A stretch of 32,000 bases of DNA from an uncultured bacterium (GCA_963699255.1 OY969425.1:1560001-1592000); one strand, 5' to 3'. Shown: positions 1 through 8,982, numbered from the stretch's first letter. Notes: generated by a model not told the origin, from the sequence alone. Numbers and translations: made by a program.

Positions 1-644
1 GGGATGTCCACAAAATTGACGGCGTTGAACGCATACGGTTCTTAACTTCCCATCCACGCGATATGTCAGATGATATCATCGATGCGGTGAGCGACCTGCC
101 CAAGGTCTGCGAATATTTCCACATCCCTCTGCAGTCCGGCGATGATGAGATACTTAAAAGGATGAACAGGGGATATACTTCCGGCCAGTTCAGGGAGCTG
201 GTCAGGAGGATCAGGTTAAAGATCCCCGAAGCGGCGATCACTTCCGATGCTATTGCGGGATTCCCCGGCGAGACGGATGAGCAATTCAAACATACGCTCG
301 ATCTTATCTCCGAACTTGAGCTCGACCTTGTCAATACTTTTTCATATTCAACGCGTCCCGGCACGCCTGCGGCAAAAATGGACGGCCAGATCGACGAAAA
401 AGCAAAAAAAGAAAGGCTTCAGGCGCTTATGAAAGTTGTTGAGGGGACTGCATTAAGAAAAAATCAGGGATTGATGGGGACCATCCAGGAGGTCCTTATA
501 GATTCCAGTTCAAAGGACGGGCTTACTGGAAGAACGAGGGGAAATAAGATCGTTCAGGTCGACGGGGCGGATGGAGCGGTCGGGAAACTCCTGAAAGTGA
601 AGATCACAGGCGCCAGCGCGTGGGGATTGAAGGCGAGTATGTAA
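1..644 (+). CDS. miaB: tRNA methylthiotransferase MiaB, C-terminal part (5' end lies outside the window)
   Basis: The reading frame is open from base 3 (DVHKIDGVERIRFLTSHPRDMSDD...). It carries radical-SAM methylthiotransferase motifs (HIPLQSG, AGFPGETDEQF, FSYSTRPGTPAA) and a C-terminal TRAM-like segment (GTIQEVLID...KVKITGASAWGLKA). Confidence 0.85.
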   Translation, partial: DVHKIDGVERIRFLTSHPRDMSDDIIDAVSDLPKVCEYFHIPLQSGDDEILKRMNRGYTSGQFRELVRRIRLKIPEAAITSDAIAGFPGETDEQFKHTLDLISELELDLVNTFSYSTRPGTPAAKMDGQIDEKAKKERLQALMKVVEGTALRKNQGLMGTIQEVLIDSSSKDGLTGRTRGNKIVQVDGADGAVGKLLKVKITGASAWGLKASM

Positions 645-687
645 GTTGATATAATCAGGCTATCTGATCCGATAAGGAGGAACAACA

Positions 688-1629
688 GTGCCAAACAATG
701 AAATGAAGATCTTTTCCGGTACCTCTCACCCCGAATTTGCAAAGAATATCGCGAAGATCCTGGGCAAGGACCTTTCAAAGATAAACATATCAAGGTTCTC
801 AGGCGGGGAGATATACGCCAGGCTTACAGATAATGTAAGGGGCGCGTCGGCCTATGTCATCCAGACCTGCACACACAGCGTCAACGATGACCTGATGGAG
901 CTTTTCATAGTCATCGACGCGCTGAAAAGGGCGTCGGCAAAGAGCATCACGGCGGTCATTCCGCATTTCGGTTACGCCAGGCAGGACAAGAAGTCCGCTT
1001 CAAGGGAGCCGATATCGGCCAAGCTTGTCGCCGACCTCCTCACCACCGCCGGGATAGACAGGATAATCACCATGGACCTGCACTCCGACCAGATACAGGG
1101 GTTCTTCAACCTGCCGGTCGATCATTTGACCGCCATGCCGATACTGGCTGGCTATGTCAAGGAGAAAAAGCTCAAGAATCCGGTGGTCGTTGCCCCGGAT
1201 ACGGGCAGGGCAAAGACCGCCAAGAAACTCAGCGACAGGATAGGCTCTCCGCTGGTCATTCTGCACAAGACACGTCCGGAACACCAGAAGGCGGAGATAA
1301 TGCATGTTGTCGGCGACGTGGCCGGCAAGACGCCGATAATGATAGACGACATGATAGATACGGCCGGCACCGCGACAAGAGGGGTGGACATACTCAGGGA
1401 GCAGGGATGCATCGATGAGATATATTTCCTGTCAACCCACGGGATATTTTCCGGACCGGCGGTCGAGAAAATGAACAAGGCCAGGTTCAAGGAGATAGTC
1501 GTGACCGATACGATCCCTGTCGGAGGAAAGGACATAAAAGGGCTGAAGGTCGTTTCCGTGGCTCCGCTTTTTGCGGAAGCGATAAAGAGAAGCTATGAAA
1601 ATCTCTCCATAAGCTCTTTGTTCGATTAG
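688..1629 (+). CDS. prs: ribose-phosphate pyrophosphokinase (PRPP synthetase)
   Basis: 313 aa. N-terminus MKIFSGTSHPEFA, then HFGYARQDKK, DLHSDQIQGFF and the PRPP-binding loop IMIDDMIDTAGT. GTG start at 688, 7 nt after AAGGAGG (674-680). Confidence 0.95.
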   Translation: MPNNEMKIFSGTSHPEFAKNIAKILGKDLSKINISRFSGGEIYARLTDNVRGASAYVIQTCTHSVNDDLMELFIVIDALKRASAKSITAVIPHFGYARQDKKSASREPISAKLVADLLTTAGIDRIITMDLHSDQIQGFFNLPVDHLTAMPILAGYVKEKKLKNPVVVAPDTGRAKTAKKLSDRIGSPLVILHKTRPEHQKAEIMHVVGDVAGKTPIMIDDMIDTAGTATRGVDILREQGCIDEIYFLSTHGIFSGPAVEKMNKARFKEIVVTDTIPVGGKDIKGLKVVSVAPLFAEAIKRSYENLSISSLFD

Positions 1630-1663
1630 AGGGTAGGGATCAGGGGTTAGGAGTTAGTGATCA

Positions 1664-2941
1664 GTGAATAATAAGATAAAGATAGGCATCATCGGATTGG
1701 GGACAGTGGGCTCGTCGGTCGTGAGCGTCCTCAGGAAAAACTCCGCCCTGATAGAGAAGAGATCGGGCGTGAAGATAGAAATAAAGAAAGCGGCCGATGT
1801 AAGGAACAAGAGGGACGTCGCGGGCAAAGCATACGTGAAGAACGCGCTTGATGTCATATCCGATCCTGATATTTCCATCGTTGTTGAGACCATGGGCGGC
1901 GTTACCCCGGCAAAACAGTATATCCTTTCCGCCATCAGGTCCGGAAAGTACATCGTCACTTCGAACAAAGAACTCATAGCCAAGCACGGGAAGGAAATAT
2001 TCGATGCCGCAAAGGCGTCGGGCGTGCGGGTCCTTTTTGAAGGGTCCGTTTGCGGCGGAATACCGATAATCCACGCCATAAGGGAATGCCTCGCCGCGAA
2101 CAACATTTACGAGATCTCCGGAATAGTGAACGGCACGACGAATTACATCCTCACAAGAATGACAAAAGAAGGGATTGGATTCGGCGCCGCACTGAAAGAA
2201 GCGCAAAAGAGGGGTTTTGCGGAAGCGAATCCCAAGATGGACATTGACGGAAGCGATGCTGCTTATAAGGCGGCGATACTCGCCAATGTCGCGAGCGGAG
2301 CGTTCGTCGATCCGTCGCGCATCTATAAGGAAGGGATATCGAACATCGCCGCGGAGGACATCGAGTACGCGAAGGAGATCGGCTATTGCATAAAGCTCCT
2401 TGCGATAATAAAAATACTCGGCAGTGATCTGGAGGTGAGGGTCCATCCTACCCTGATAGAGAGAGGCCATCCTCTCGCGGAGGTTTCCGATAATTACAAC
2501 GCCGTTTATGTTAAGGGCGATGCTCTGGGCGAGGCGATGTTCTACGGTGAGGGAGCCGGCGGGCCTCCGACGGCTTCTTCGGTCCTGTCAGACGTTATCG
2601 AGATAGCGGGTAGCATCGGCGGATGCTGCGCTGCCGAGCCGTATTATCCGCCGGCAAAAAAACTTAAGATGAGGGACATGGGCGACATCCGGAGCAGGTA
2701 TTATATCCGGCTGGAAGCTCCAGACATGCCAGGCGTCCTCGCGGGAATATCGGGCGTCTTCGCGAAAAAGAAAGTAAGCATCCAGGAAGTCGTCCAGAGG
2801 GGATCAAAAGGCAGGAACGCGCAGATAGTCATAATACTCCACGAGAACAGGGAGAAGGACATTCAGGAAGCGCTTAAGATAATATCGAAGCTGCCTGTTG
2901 TTAAGAGGATCTGCAGCGTCATCAGAGTGGGGATCGGCTGA
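1664..2941 (+). CDS. hom: homoserine dehydrogenase with C-terminal ACT domain
   Basis: 425 aa. NAD-binding IGIIGLGTVGSSV, then NKELIAKHG, EGSVCGGIPII, GIVNGTTNYILT and DIDGSDAAYKAAILA. ACT-like tail YYIRLEAPDMPGVLAGISGVFAKKKVSI. GTG start. Confidence 0.93.
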   Translation: MNNKIKIGIIGLGTVGSSVVSVLRKNSALIEKRSGVKIEIKKAADVRNKRDVAGKAYVKNALDVISDPDISIVVETMGGVTPAKQYILSAIRSGKYIVTSNKELIAKHGKEIFDAAKASGVRVLFEGSVCGGIPIIHAIRECLAANNIYEISGIVNGTTNYILTRMTKEGIGFGAALKEAQKRGFAEANPKMDIDGSDAAYKAAILANVASGAFVDPSRIYKEGISNIAAEDIEYAKEIGYCIKLLAIIKILGSDLEVRVHPTLIERGHPLAEVSDNYNAVYVKGDALGEAMFYGEGAGGPPTASSVLSDVIEIAGSIGGCCAAEPYYPPAKKLKMRDMGDIRSRYYIRLEAPDMPGVLAGISGVFAKKKVSIQEVVQRGSKGRNAQIVIILHENREKDIQEALKIISKLPVVKRICSVIRVGIG

Positions 2942-2976
2942 TCATTTCTGCCCGTCTTTTGCGGATATTCACTTGC

Positions 2977-3963
2977 CTATGGGTTCCAGAGGTCACTGGA
3001 AGAAGAATAGATATCACTCTTTGTGTGGCTGCCGCCGCCTAGGCCTCCATAGATCCACATTTTATTTTTAAATACCACAGCAGTTTGGCCCCACCGTGAT
3101 CCCCAACTGGCGTTAGATGTTGCCTCAGTCCAGTTCTTGCCGTCCGTAGAATACCAGACATCGTTCTTATAGCTGCTGCCGCCACCGATCCCTCCCATGA
3201 CCCACATTTTATTATCAAAGACCAGTGCGGATAAATTCCTTCGTGTTCCCCAGCCGGCGTTAGAGGTTGCCTCGGTCCAGTTCGCGCCGTCCGTAGAATA
3301 CCAGACATCGTTCTTGTAGCTGCTGCCGCCGCCGACCCCTCCCATGATCCACATTTTATTGTTATATACCAGGGCAGCAAGACCATACCGTGTTCCCCAG
3401 CCAGCGTTATATGTTGCCGGATACCAATCTTTCCCGTTCGATGAATAATAGACATCGTTCTTATAGCTGCTGCCGCCGCCTTTCCCTCCCATAACCCACA
3501 TTTTATTATTGAATACCACTGAAGCATGGTCGTGCCTGGTCCCCCATCCGGCGTTAGAGGTAGCTTGGGTCCAGTTACTGCCATCCGTAGAATACCAGGC
3601 ATCGTTCAGATAATTACCGTCACCGTCAACTCCGCCTATGATCCACATTTTATTGTCAAATACCAATGATGTTAACCCCGCCCGGAAAGAAGGAGTATAG
3701 GGTGTGCCGGTATTCCCGCCAAGAATGTTCACGCCGTCATAAGAGTAAGGCCTGCTTCCTTTAAATCCGCCATCGGCCTGGATACCCCCCATCATCCATA
3801 TTGTATTGTTATAGACCACCGAGGTGAAATCATACCGTGAGGTCCAATCATTGGCGCCTTCCCCTTCATAATTCCATGTGGATCCGGCGCCGGCGAAAGC
3901 CGCTCCTGCCAGGAGGAGAGAGAAAAGAACTGTCAATATTATCCTTGAGATGGTGATTTTCAT
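2977..3963 (-). CDS. secreted beta-propeller repeat protein (Kelch-like / Asp-box-like blades)
   Basis: 328 aa. N-terminal signal peptide (ILTVLFSLLLAGAAFAGAG). About six ~49-aa blades repeat the pattern NKMW[VI]MGG.GGGSSYKNDVWYSTDG.NWTEATSNAGWGTR. Confidence 0.75.
   Translation of the reverse strand: MKITISRIILTVLFSLLLAGAAFAGAGSTWNYEGEGANDWTSRYDFTSVVYNNTIWMMGGIQADGGFKGSRPYSYDGVNILGGNTGTPYTPSFRAGLTSLVFDNKMWIIGGVDGDGNYLNDAWYSTDGSNWTQATSNAGWGTRHDHASVVFNNKMWVMGGKGGGSSYKNDVYYSSNGKDWYPATYNAGWGTRYGLAALVYNNKMWIMGGVGGGSSYKNDVWYSTDGANWTEATSNAGWGTRRNLSALVFDNKMWVMGGIGGGSSYKNDVWYSTDGKNWTEATSNASWGSRWGQTAVVFKNKMWIYGGLGGGSHTKSDIYSSSSDLWNP
3000..3620 (-). repeat. in-frame 147-bp tandem periodicity inside the propeller gene
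   Basis: Near-identical DNA blocks (ccagacatcgttcttatagctgctgccgcc...cccacattttatt) begin at 3154 and 3301, with the corresponding gacatcgttc block at 3451, 147 bp (49 aa) apart. Confidence 0.85.
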
Positions 3964-4005
3964 TTTACTCCGGTACGGAGCGATCTTTAAACCGGTATCT
4001 GGTAA

Positions 4006-4401
4006 TTACTTCTGTCCGGCCAGCTTTTCCCGTCTTTTCCTTAGAGCCCGTTCCGCGAGAGCGTAAACTTCGCCCATCAGGAATGGCTTTCTCAGGTATT
4101 CCATGGCGCCCAGGGTTATGGCATTGGCGAAAGATTCTTCCGATGCGTAAGCCGTTACGATTATGACCTCAACGCTCGGGTCCATCTCTTTTATCTTTTT
4201 TAAAACCTCTATGCCGTCCATTTCCGGCATCTTAAGGTCGACGAAAGCGAAATCATACTTCGTGGTCTTCATGGATTCTATGGCGTCTTTGCCGGCTTGA
4301 AATGTGAAGACCTCATAATCCTTTATTCGTAATATTTCCTTGAACGATTCAAGGACGCCGTTAAAATCATCAACAACCAGTACTTTTGCTTTTTCCGCCA
4401 T
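4006..4401 (-). CDS. stand-alone response regulator receiver protein (CheY-like)
   Basis: 131 aa from the ATG at 4401, preceded by GGAGG. Receiver motifs VLVVDD, FVDLKMPEMDG, IIVTAY and YLRKPF; no output domain. The longer ORF start at 4452 has no RBS. Confidence 0.85.
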   Translation of the reverse strand: MAEKAKVLVVDDFNGVLESFKEILRIKDYEVFTFQAGKDAIESMKTTKYDFAFVDLKMPEMDGIEVLKKIKEMDPSVEVIIVTAYASEESFANAITLGAMEYLRKPFLMGEVYALAERALRKRREKLAGQK

Positions 4402-4440
4402 AGTGATACCTCCAGTCGGGAAGATTTTATCAAACAATGT

Positions 4441-4469
4441 TTGATATTGCAATCATCATTGTGTATAAT
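4441..4469 (+). promoter_or_regulatory. sigma70-type promoter upstream of the MarC-family gene
   Basis: TTGATA (4441-4446), 17-nt spacer, TATAAT (4464-4469), with TG directly upstream of the -10. Confidence 0.55.
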
Positions 4470-4488
4470 TTCCAGTTGCTGTTTTAAA

Positions 4489-5082
4489 ATGAACATCTAT
4501 TTTGAATTACTGCAGGCCGTTGTGGCCCTTTTCATAATAATCGATCCTCTAGGGAACCTGCCGGTCTTCATAGGATTGACCGAAGGAATGACGAAAAAGG
4601 AAAGGAAAGACACATTTGTTGAGGCGCTCTATGTCGGGTTCTTGCTTTTGCTGCTTTTCACTCTGGCAGGCACCGGCATATTGGAGCTTTTCAAGATAAG
4701 CCTGAATGATTTCAAGATAGCGGGCGGGATACTTTTGCTTGCCATTTCATTATCCATGCTGGTAAGGGACCATTTTGTCGAATTGACCGACAAAAAGGAT
4801 ATTGGCGCGGTGCCGCTGGGAATACCTCTTCTGGTAGGACCGGGAGCCATAACCACGGCAATGGTCTTGATAGGCATGTACGGCGTAAAACTCACGCTGG
4901 TTGCGGTTATCATTAATTTCATTGTAAGTGGTGTGATATTTTACTGGGCCGAGGCGATATACGAAAGGCTTGGCCATACGGGGTCGATGATCATCGCGAA
5001 GGTAATGGCCATAATTCTCGCGGCGATCGCCGTGAAGTTCATACGCGAGGGCATCGTAAGTATATTTAAGTTTTACGCGTGA
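4489..5082 (+). CDS. MarC-family (UPF0056) integral membrane protein
   Basis: The family's N-terminal motif FIIIDPLGNLPVF follows about six predicted TM segments; internal GPGAITT motif. The ATG at 4489 lies downstream of the predicted promoter, which overlaps the longer ORF start at 4441. Confidence 0.75.
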   Translation: MNIYFELLQAVVALFIIIDPLGNLPVFIGLTEGMTKKERKDTFVEALYVGFLLLLLFTLAGTGILELFKISLNDFKIAGGILLLAISLSMLVRDHFVELTDKKDIGAVPLGIPLLVGPGAITTAMVLIGMYGVKLTLVAVIINFIVSGVIFYWAEAIYERLGHTGSMIIAKVMAIILAAIAVKFIREGIVSIFKFYA

Positions 5083-5128
5083 GCCCTTCGACAGGCTCAG
5101 GACAAGCCCATTGACAGGCTTATTACGT

Positions 5129-5202
5129 GGCTGGGTAGCTCAGTTGGTTAGAGCATGCGGCTCATACCCGCAGTGTCGGCAGTTCGAATCTGCCCCCAGC
5201 CA
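5129..5202 (+). tRNA. tRNA-Met (anticodon CAT), elongator type
   Basis: Hand-folded cloverleaf: acceptor GGCTGGG/CCCAGCC, D arm GCTC/GAGC, anticodon stem TGCGG/CCGCA with loop CTCATAC, T arm GGCAG-TTCGAAT-CTGCC, discriminator A. CCA is not encoded. The G1-C72 pair argues against an initiator. C38 and the overall sequence resemble elongator Met more than Ile2. Confidence 0.85.
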
Positions 5203-5218
5203 ATTATTAAGATGGCGA

Positions 5219-5324
5219 ATACCCGGGGTGTCGGCGAGCGATTATTGTCTTACCTTAATTTTAATATAAGGTAATGCGATAGCAGATAAGAATCGCGAGA
5301 AAGTTCGAATCTGCCCCCCAGCCA
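5219..5324 (+). repeat. degenerate duplicate of the tRNA-Met 3' half, interrupted by a ~64-nt hairpin-containing insert
   Basis: ATACCCGgggTGTCGGCgA (5219-5237) matches tRNA positions from the anticodon loop into the T stem. AGTTCGAATCTGCCCCcCAGCCA (5302-5324) matches the T loop to the 3' end. Between them lies a hairpin, TTACCTTA (5250-5257) / TAAGGTAA (5267-5274). Confidence 0.7.
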
Positions 5325-5366
5325 GTAAATTTTGTCGTGCAATAATTAAAGGAGCAAGAAGATAAA

Positions 5367-5981
5367 ATGAATTTGTTAGTTCCCGATAAGATCTTTTTGA
5401 CGAAAGGCGTAGGACGCCATAAGGAAAAACTTTCGAGTTTTGAGATGGCCCTCAGGGACGCCGGCATCCAGGCGGTCAATTTTGTGCAGGTCTCAAGCAT
5501 CTTCCCGCCAAACTGCAAGCTGATCACGAAAGAGGCCGGCTTGAAACTGATCCATCCGGGACAGATAACTTTCATAGTCATGTCAAGGAACGAGACGAAT
5601 GAACCGCACAGATTGATCTCCGCATCGGTGGGGATGGCGCTTCCCTCGGATCCCAGCACCTACGGATACCTGAGCGAACATCACGGATTGGGGCTGACGG
5701 ATGAGGAATGCGGCGATTATTCCGAAGACCTTGCCGCGCAGATGCTTGCGACGACCCTGGGCATACCTTTTGACGAGGATTCATCCTGGGACGAAAGACA
5801 GGAGAGCTGGAAGCTTTCCGATAAGATAGTAAAGACGACGAACATCACGCAGAGCGCGATAGGGCAGAGGGGCGTATGGACGACGGTGATCTCGGCTGCT
5901 GTTCTTCTGATCAACACAGAAGGTAACGGCGCCGTCGTGAAAGAGCCGGAAAATATCAAAGAAACGGAGAAAGGCAAGTAG
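5367..5981 (+). CDS. pdaD: pyruvoyl-dependent arginine decarboxylase
   Basis: 204 aa. PdaD signature [35 protein letters not shown], with the SS self-cleavage pair. Confidence 0.8.
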   Translation: MNLLVPDKIFLTKGVGRHKEKLSSFEMALRDAGIQAVNFVQVSSIFPPNCKLITKEAGLKLIHPGQITFIVMSRNETNEPHRLISASVGMALPSDPSTYGYLSEHHGLGLTDEECGDYSEDLAAQMLATTLGIPFDEDSSWDERQESWKLSDKIVKTTNITQSAIGQRGVWTTVISAAVLLINTEGNGAVVKEPENIKETEKGK

Positions 5982-5982
5982 C

Positions 5983-6333
5983 ATGTCCGCGAACATTTCA
6001 GATGACGACAGGATACTGTCTGCTTTTGCTTATGCGGTGGGCTTCCCGTCCCTTTACATAATATTATCCGATAAGAGACGGGATCCGTTCGTCGGATACC
6101 ACGGCACCCAGGCGATGTTCCTGTGGATAGCGATAGTCGTAATATGGATCGGCATAAGGGTCTTTCTTAATTTCCTTGACTCGCTCGGGATATTTTTTGC
6201 GTTCCTGAACTCGCTTTCTTCTGTCCTGATATTCCTGCTCTGGATATACGCTCTCTACTGCGGATTCAGGGCGTACAACGGGGATTATTTTGATATCCCC
6301 TACATCACGGAAATATCAAAGAAAAATTTCTGA
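5983..6333 (+). CDS. small integral membrane protein (DUF4870-like)
   Basis: 116 aa, three hydrophobic segments. The start is 1 nt after the pdaD stop. The pattern ...SAFAY..GF....IIL..K.RDPFV.YHG.QA recalls the DUF4870/Tic20-like family; this is recognition only. Confidence 0.5.
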   Translation: MSANISDDDRILSAFAYAVGFPSLYIILSDKRRDPFVGYHGTQAMFLWIAIVVIWIGIRVFLNFLDSLGIFFAFLNSLSSVLIFLLWIYALYCGFRAYNGDYFDIPYITEISKKNF

Positions 6334-6352
6334 TCCCGTTAACGGACCTCTT

Positions 6353-7765
6353 ATGATCGAAGACAAGATCCTAAAAACTATTCGGGACTGCAAAATGCTC
6401 GGCGGTGACGGACAAACCGTGCCTGTCGGCAGGCAGGCAAAAGTCATCGTCGCGTTCTCGGGCGGAGTGGATTCCACCGCCCTTATCCACATCTTAAGCT
6501 CACTTAAAGGCGAATTGAACATCAAGCTGTATGCGGCCCATTTAAATCACAGGATCAGAAAAAGGGACAGCGATCTTGATGCCGCCTTTGCCCGCAGAAC
6601 GGCAAAGAAGCTGGGGATACCCTGCATAGTTGAGGAGCTCGATGTTCCCTCATTCGCAAAACAGAACAAGCTGAACCTTGAGGATGCCGCGCGGCGCGCG
6701 AGATACGAATTCCTTGAAAGGGCCGCCGCAAAGGTGGGAGCCGGCAGGATCGCTGTCGCCCACAACGCGGACGATAACATCGAAACTTTCCTGATGAGGC
6801 TGATAAGGGGAACGGGCATGAAGGGATTGGAGGGGATACCTCCGGTGAGGGATAAGATCATCAGGCCGATGATCGGACTGTTCCGCAGCGAGATCGAGGA
6901 ATATTTAAGATCAAAAAAGATCGCACCGAGGATCGATAAGACGAATTATGAAACGAAATATTTGAGGAACAGGATAAGGCGCAGCCTCATCCCCGCGCTG
7001 GTAAGTTACAACCGCAATATAAAAGAGCTGCTTCTCCAGACCATTTCCGCGGCGAACGTGATCCAGGGATTTGTGGAGATCAAGGCGAGAGAAGCGCTTA
7101 AAGGGATGATCCTGCTTAAAAGCGCCGGGGAGATCAGGCTTGATATAAAAAAGCTGCTGGATACGGATCCCGCGCTTAATGGGGAGGTGTTGCGGTTCGC
7201 CATAGAACACGTAAAAAAAGATCTTGTGGACATTTCTTTTGTCCACATAGAGGACATACTCGGCCAGTTGAGAAAAAAAAGAGCGGAGATAGACCTTCCG
7301 GGCGTTTACGTCCATATCAACAGGGGCATACTTTCCATCACGAACACAAGACCTTCAAAAATCCAGGACCATCCTTTCATGCACAGACTGGAAATTCCCG
7401 GGGAGGTCAGGGATGAGGACAAGGGTTTTATCATAGAGGCCGACGTTCTTCCTTCGGTTACTGCATCCGCTCTTCGCGCAAAAGATCCGTACCGGGCCTA
7501 TCTTGATTATGATAAGATCTCCAAACCCCTGATAGTAAGGAACAGGATTCCCGGCGACGTTTTCTCTCCATTCGGCCTTAAGGGGAGCAAAAAACTTCAG
7601 GATATTTTTGTCGATGAGAAGATAGATATCGATAAGAGGGGAAGCATCCCCGTTATCGAGGACGGGAAGAGGATAGTGTGGGTGGTCGGCTACAGGATGT
7701 CGGAAGACGCAAAAGTTACGCCGGGCACAAAGAAAGTGGTAAAACTAAGTGCGAAGAGCATCTGA
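6353..7765 (+). CDS. tilS: tRNA(Ile)-lysidine synthase
   Basis: PP-loop VIVAFSGGVDSTAL, then AAHLNHRIR, AVAHNADDNIETFLMRLIRGTG and IRPMIG, plus a C-terminal TilS substrate-binding-type domain (...GSKKLQDIFVDEKI...R..IPV). The ATG at 6353 is preferred because the 6290 start overlaps the previous gene. Confidence 0.9.
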   Translation: MIEDKILKTIRDCKMLGGDGQTVPVGRQAKVIVAFSGGVDSTALIHILSSLKGELNIKLYAAHLNHRIRKRDSDLDAAFARRTAKKLGIPCIVEELDVPSFAKQNKLNLEDAARRARYEFLERAAAKVGAGRIAVAHNADDNIETFLMRLIRGTGMKGLEGIPPVRDKIIRPMIGLFRSEIEEYLRSKKIAPRIDKTNYETKYLRNRIRRSLIPALVSYNRNIKELLLQTISAANVIQGFVEIKAREALKGMILLKSAGEIRLDIKKLLDTDPALNGEVLRFAIEHVKKDLVDISFVHIEDILGQLRKKRAEIDLPGVYVHINRGILSITNTRPSKIQDHPFMHRLEIPGEVRDEDKGFIIEADVLPSVTASALRAKDPYRAYLDYDKISKPLIVRNRIPGDVFSPFGLKGSKKLQDIFVDEKIDIDKRGSIPVIEDGKRIVWVVGYRMSEDAKVTPGTKKVVKLSAKSI

Positions 7766-8981
7766 TAAAGAGCAATCGGTATCCATACTGGACCTTGATG
7801 AAAAAGGCCTCAGGCTCGAAATGCAGCGGATGGACGTCCATGAAAAAGGCATCGATATTATGGCTCCGAAGGCGCAGTTCCGGGCGGTAAAAATCAAGAA
7901 CGTCTCAGCCACAAAAGCGAACATAATAAAACAGGACATGCTTTCTTTCGGCGGGGAAGCCGCTACCGCCAGGGGAGTGATAGATCATTCCGTAAAGGCC
8001 ACGGATGTTCTTATCTTCGGAACGGTCCAGCAGATAAAGAACCTCACGTCGAAGCTCAGGCGCCAGTATTTCGGGTTGAAGGAGCTTGCCGTCCGGATCG
8101 AAGACGCGCTCGCAAATTATGACGGCGTACCGCAACCCATCAAAGCAGGCGGCAGAACATTCGACTTTGGCAAACGCACTTATGTGATGGGGATACTGAA
8201 CGTAACTCCTGACTCCTTCTCGGACGGAGGGAAGTTCGTCAGCTTCGGCGACGCGGTCGCCAGAGGCAGGGAAATGCTTGATGAAGGCGCGGACATCATT
8301 GACATAGGCGGTGAATCAACAAGGCCGGGAGCTCTGCCTGTGGGCGCAGGGGAAGAAATGAAAAGGGTCGCTCCCGTCATCAGGGAACTTTCAAAGATAA
8401 AAGGCGCGGTCATATCCATCGACACGTGCAAGTCTATCGTTGCCGAGGAAGCCATAAAAGCCGGCGCGTCCATGATAAACGACGTGTCCGCGCTGAGAGC
8501 CGACAAAAAAATGACAGGGGTGGCGGCGCATTACAGAGTACCGATCGTCCTTATGCACATGCTCGGCAATCCCAGGACAATGCAGGAAAATCCGAGGTAC
8601 GAAGACCTTATCCCCGAGATAATTTCCTACTTGCAAAACAGCATCAGTCTTGCTATAAAGGGGGGCGTTTCAGCAAGCAGGATAATTGTCGATCCCGGGT
8701 TCGGTTTCGGAAAGACAGTGGAACATAATCTTGAGATACTGCGGAGATTGAAGGAGTTCAAAGTTCTTGGTCGCCCTGTACTTATAGGGACTTCCAGGAA
8801 ATCGACGATCGGAAAGATCCTTAACCTTCCGCCGGACAAGAGGATGGAAGGGACCGCCGCGACGGTCACATCGGCCATAGCCGGCGGTGCGAATATCGTA
8901 AGGGTTCACGATGTTGCGGAGATATCAAGGGTCGTCAGGATGTCGGACGCGATATACAAAAGACAAAGGATAAAAGGCTGA
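7749..8981 (+). CDS. folP: dihydropteroate synthase with a ~130-aa N-terminal extension
   Basis: The DHPS core starts near YVMGILNVTPDSFSDGG, followed by GADIIDIGGESTRPGA, ISIDT, INDVS, DPGFGFGK and GTSRKS. The preceding ~130 aa are in frame. The exact start is uncertain: GTG 7749 (overlaps the tilS end) or ATG 7821. Confidence 0.88.
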   Translation: MRRASDKEQSVSILDLDEKGLRLEMQRMDVHEKGIDIMAPKAQFRAVKIKNVSATKANIIKQDMLSFGGEAATARGVIDHSVKATDVLIFGTVQQIKNLTSKLRRQYFGLKELAVRIEDALANYDGVPQPIKAGGRTFDFGKRTYVMGILNVTPDSFSDGGKFVSFGDAVARGREMLDEGADIIDIGGESTRPGALPVGAGEEMKRVAPVIRELSKIKGAVISIDTCKSIVAEEAIKAGASMINDVSALRADKKMTGVAAHYRVPIVLMHMLGNPRTMQENPRYEDLIPEIISYLQNSISLAIKGGVSASRIIVDPGFGFGKTVEHNLEILRRLKEFKVLGRPVLIGTSRKSTIGKILNLPPDKRMEGTAATVTSAIAGGANIVRVHDVAEISRVVRMSDAIYKRQRIKG

Positions 8982-8982
8982 T

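Noticed and set aside
1661-2470. 269-aa and 150-aa ORFs antisense to hom
   Set aside because: These are shadow ORFs opposite a gene with clear homoserine dehydrogenase motifs, and they have no motifs of their own.
3039-3602. 187-aa alternative-frame ORF inside the propeller gene
   Set aside because: It is on the same strand in a different frame. Its periodic Ala/Gly-rich translation is a by-product of the 147-bp repeat. The other frame has the signal peptide and blade motifs.
3000-3620. Periodic repeats here, at 11755-12040 and at 22384-22587 considered as possible CRISPR arrays
   Set aside because: The periods (147, 132 and 102 bp) are multiples of 3. The repeats are contiguous with no unique spacers and lie within ORFs that encode protein repeats.
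5129-5202. tRNA(CAT) as initiator tRNA-fMet, or as the TilS substrate tRNA-Ile2 (tilS lies 1.2 kb downstream)
   Set aside because: The G1-C72 pair and the lack of three consecutive G-C pairs in the anticodon stem argue against an initiator. The loop CTCATAC (C38) and the acceptor and D-arm sequence resemble elongator Met rather than the CTCATAA loop of the E. coli and B. subtilis Ile2 tRNAs. Ile2 cannot be fully excluded without a covariance or identity model.
5261-5659. 132-aa - strand ORF spanning the tRNA remnant and the pdaD 5' end
   Set aside because: It is antisense to pdaD and runs through non-coding repeat sequence.
6290-6352. Upstream ATG at 6290 as the tilS start
   Set aside because: It would overlap the preceding membrane-protein gene by 44 nt and add residues absent from the TilS N-terminal pattern. 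The ATG at 6353 is preferred.
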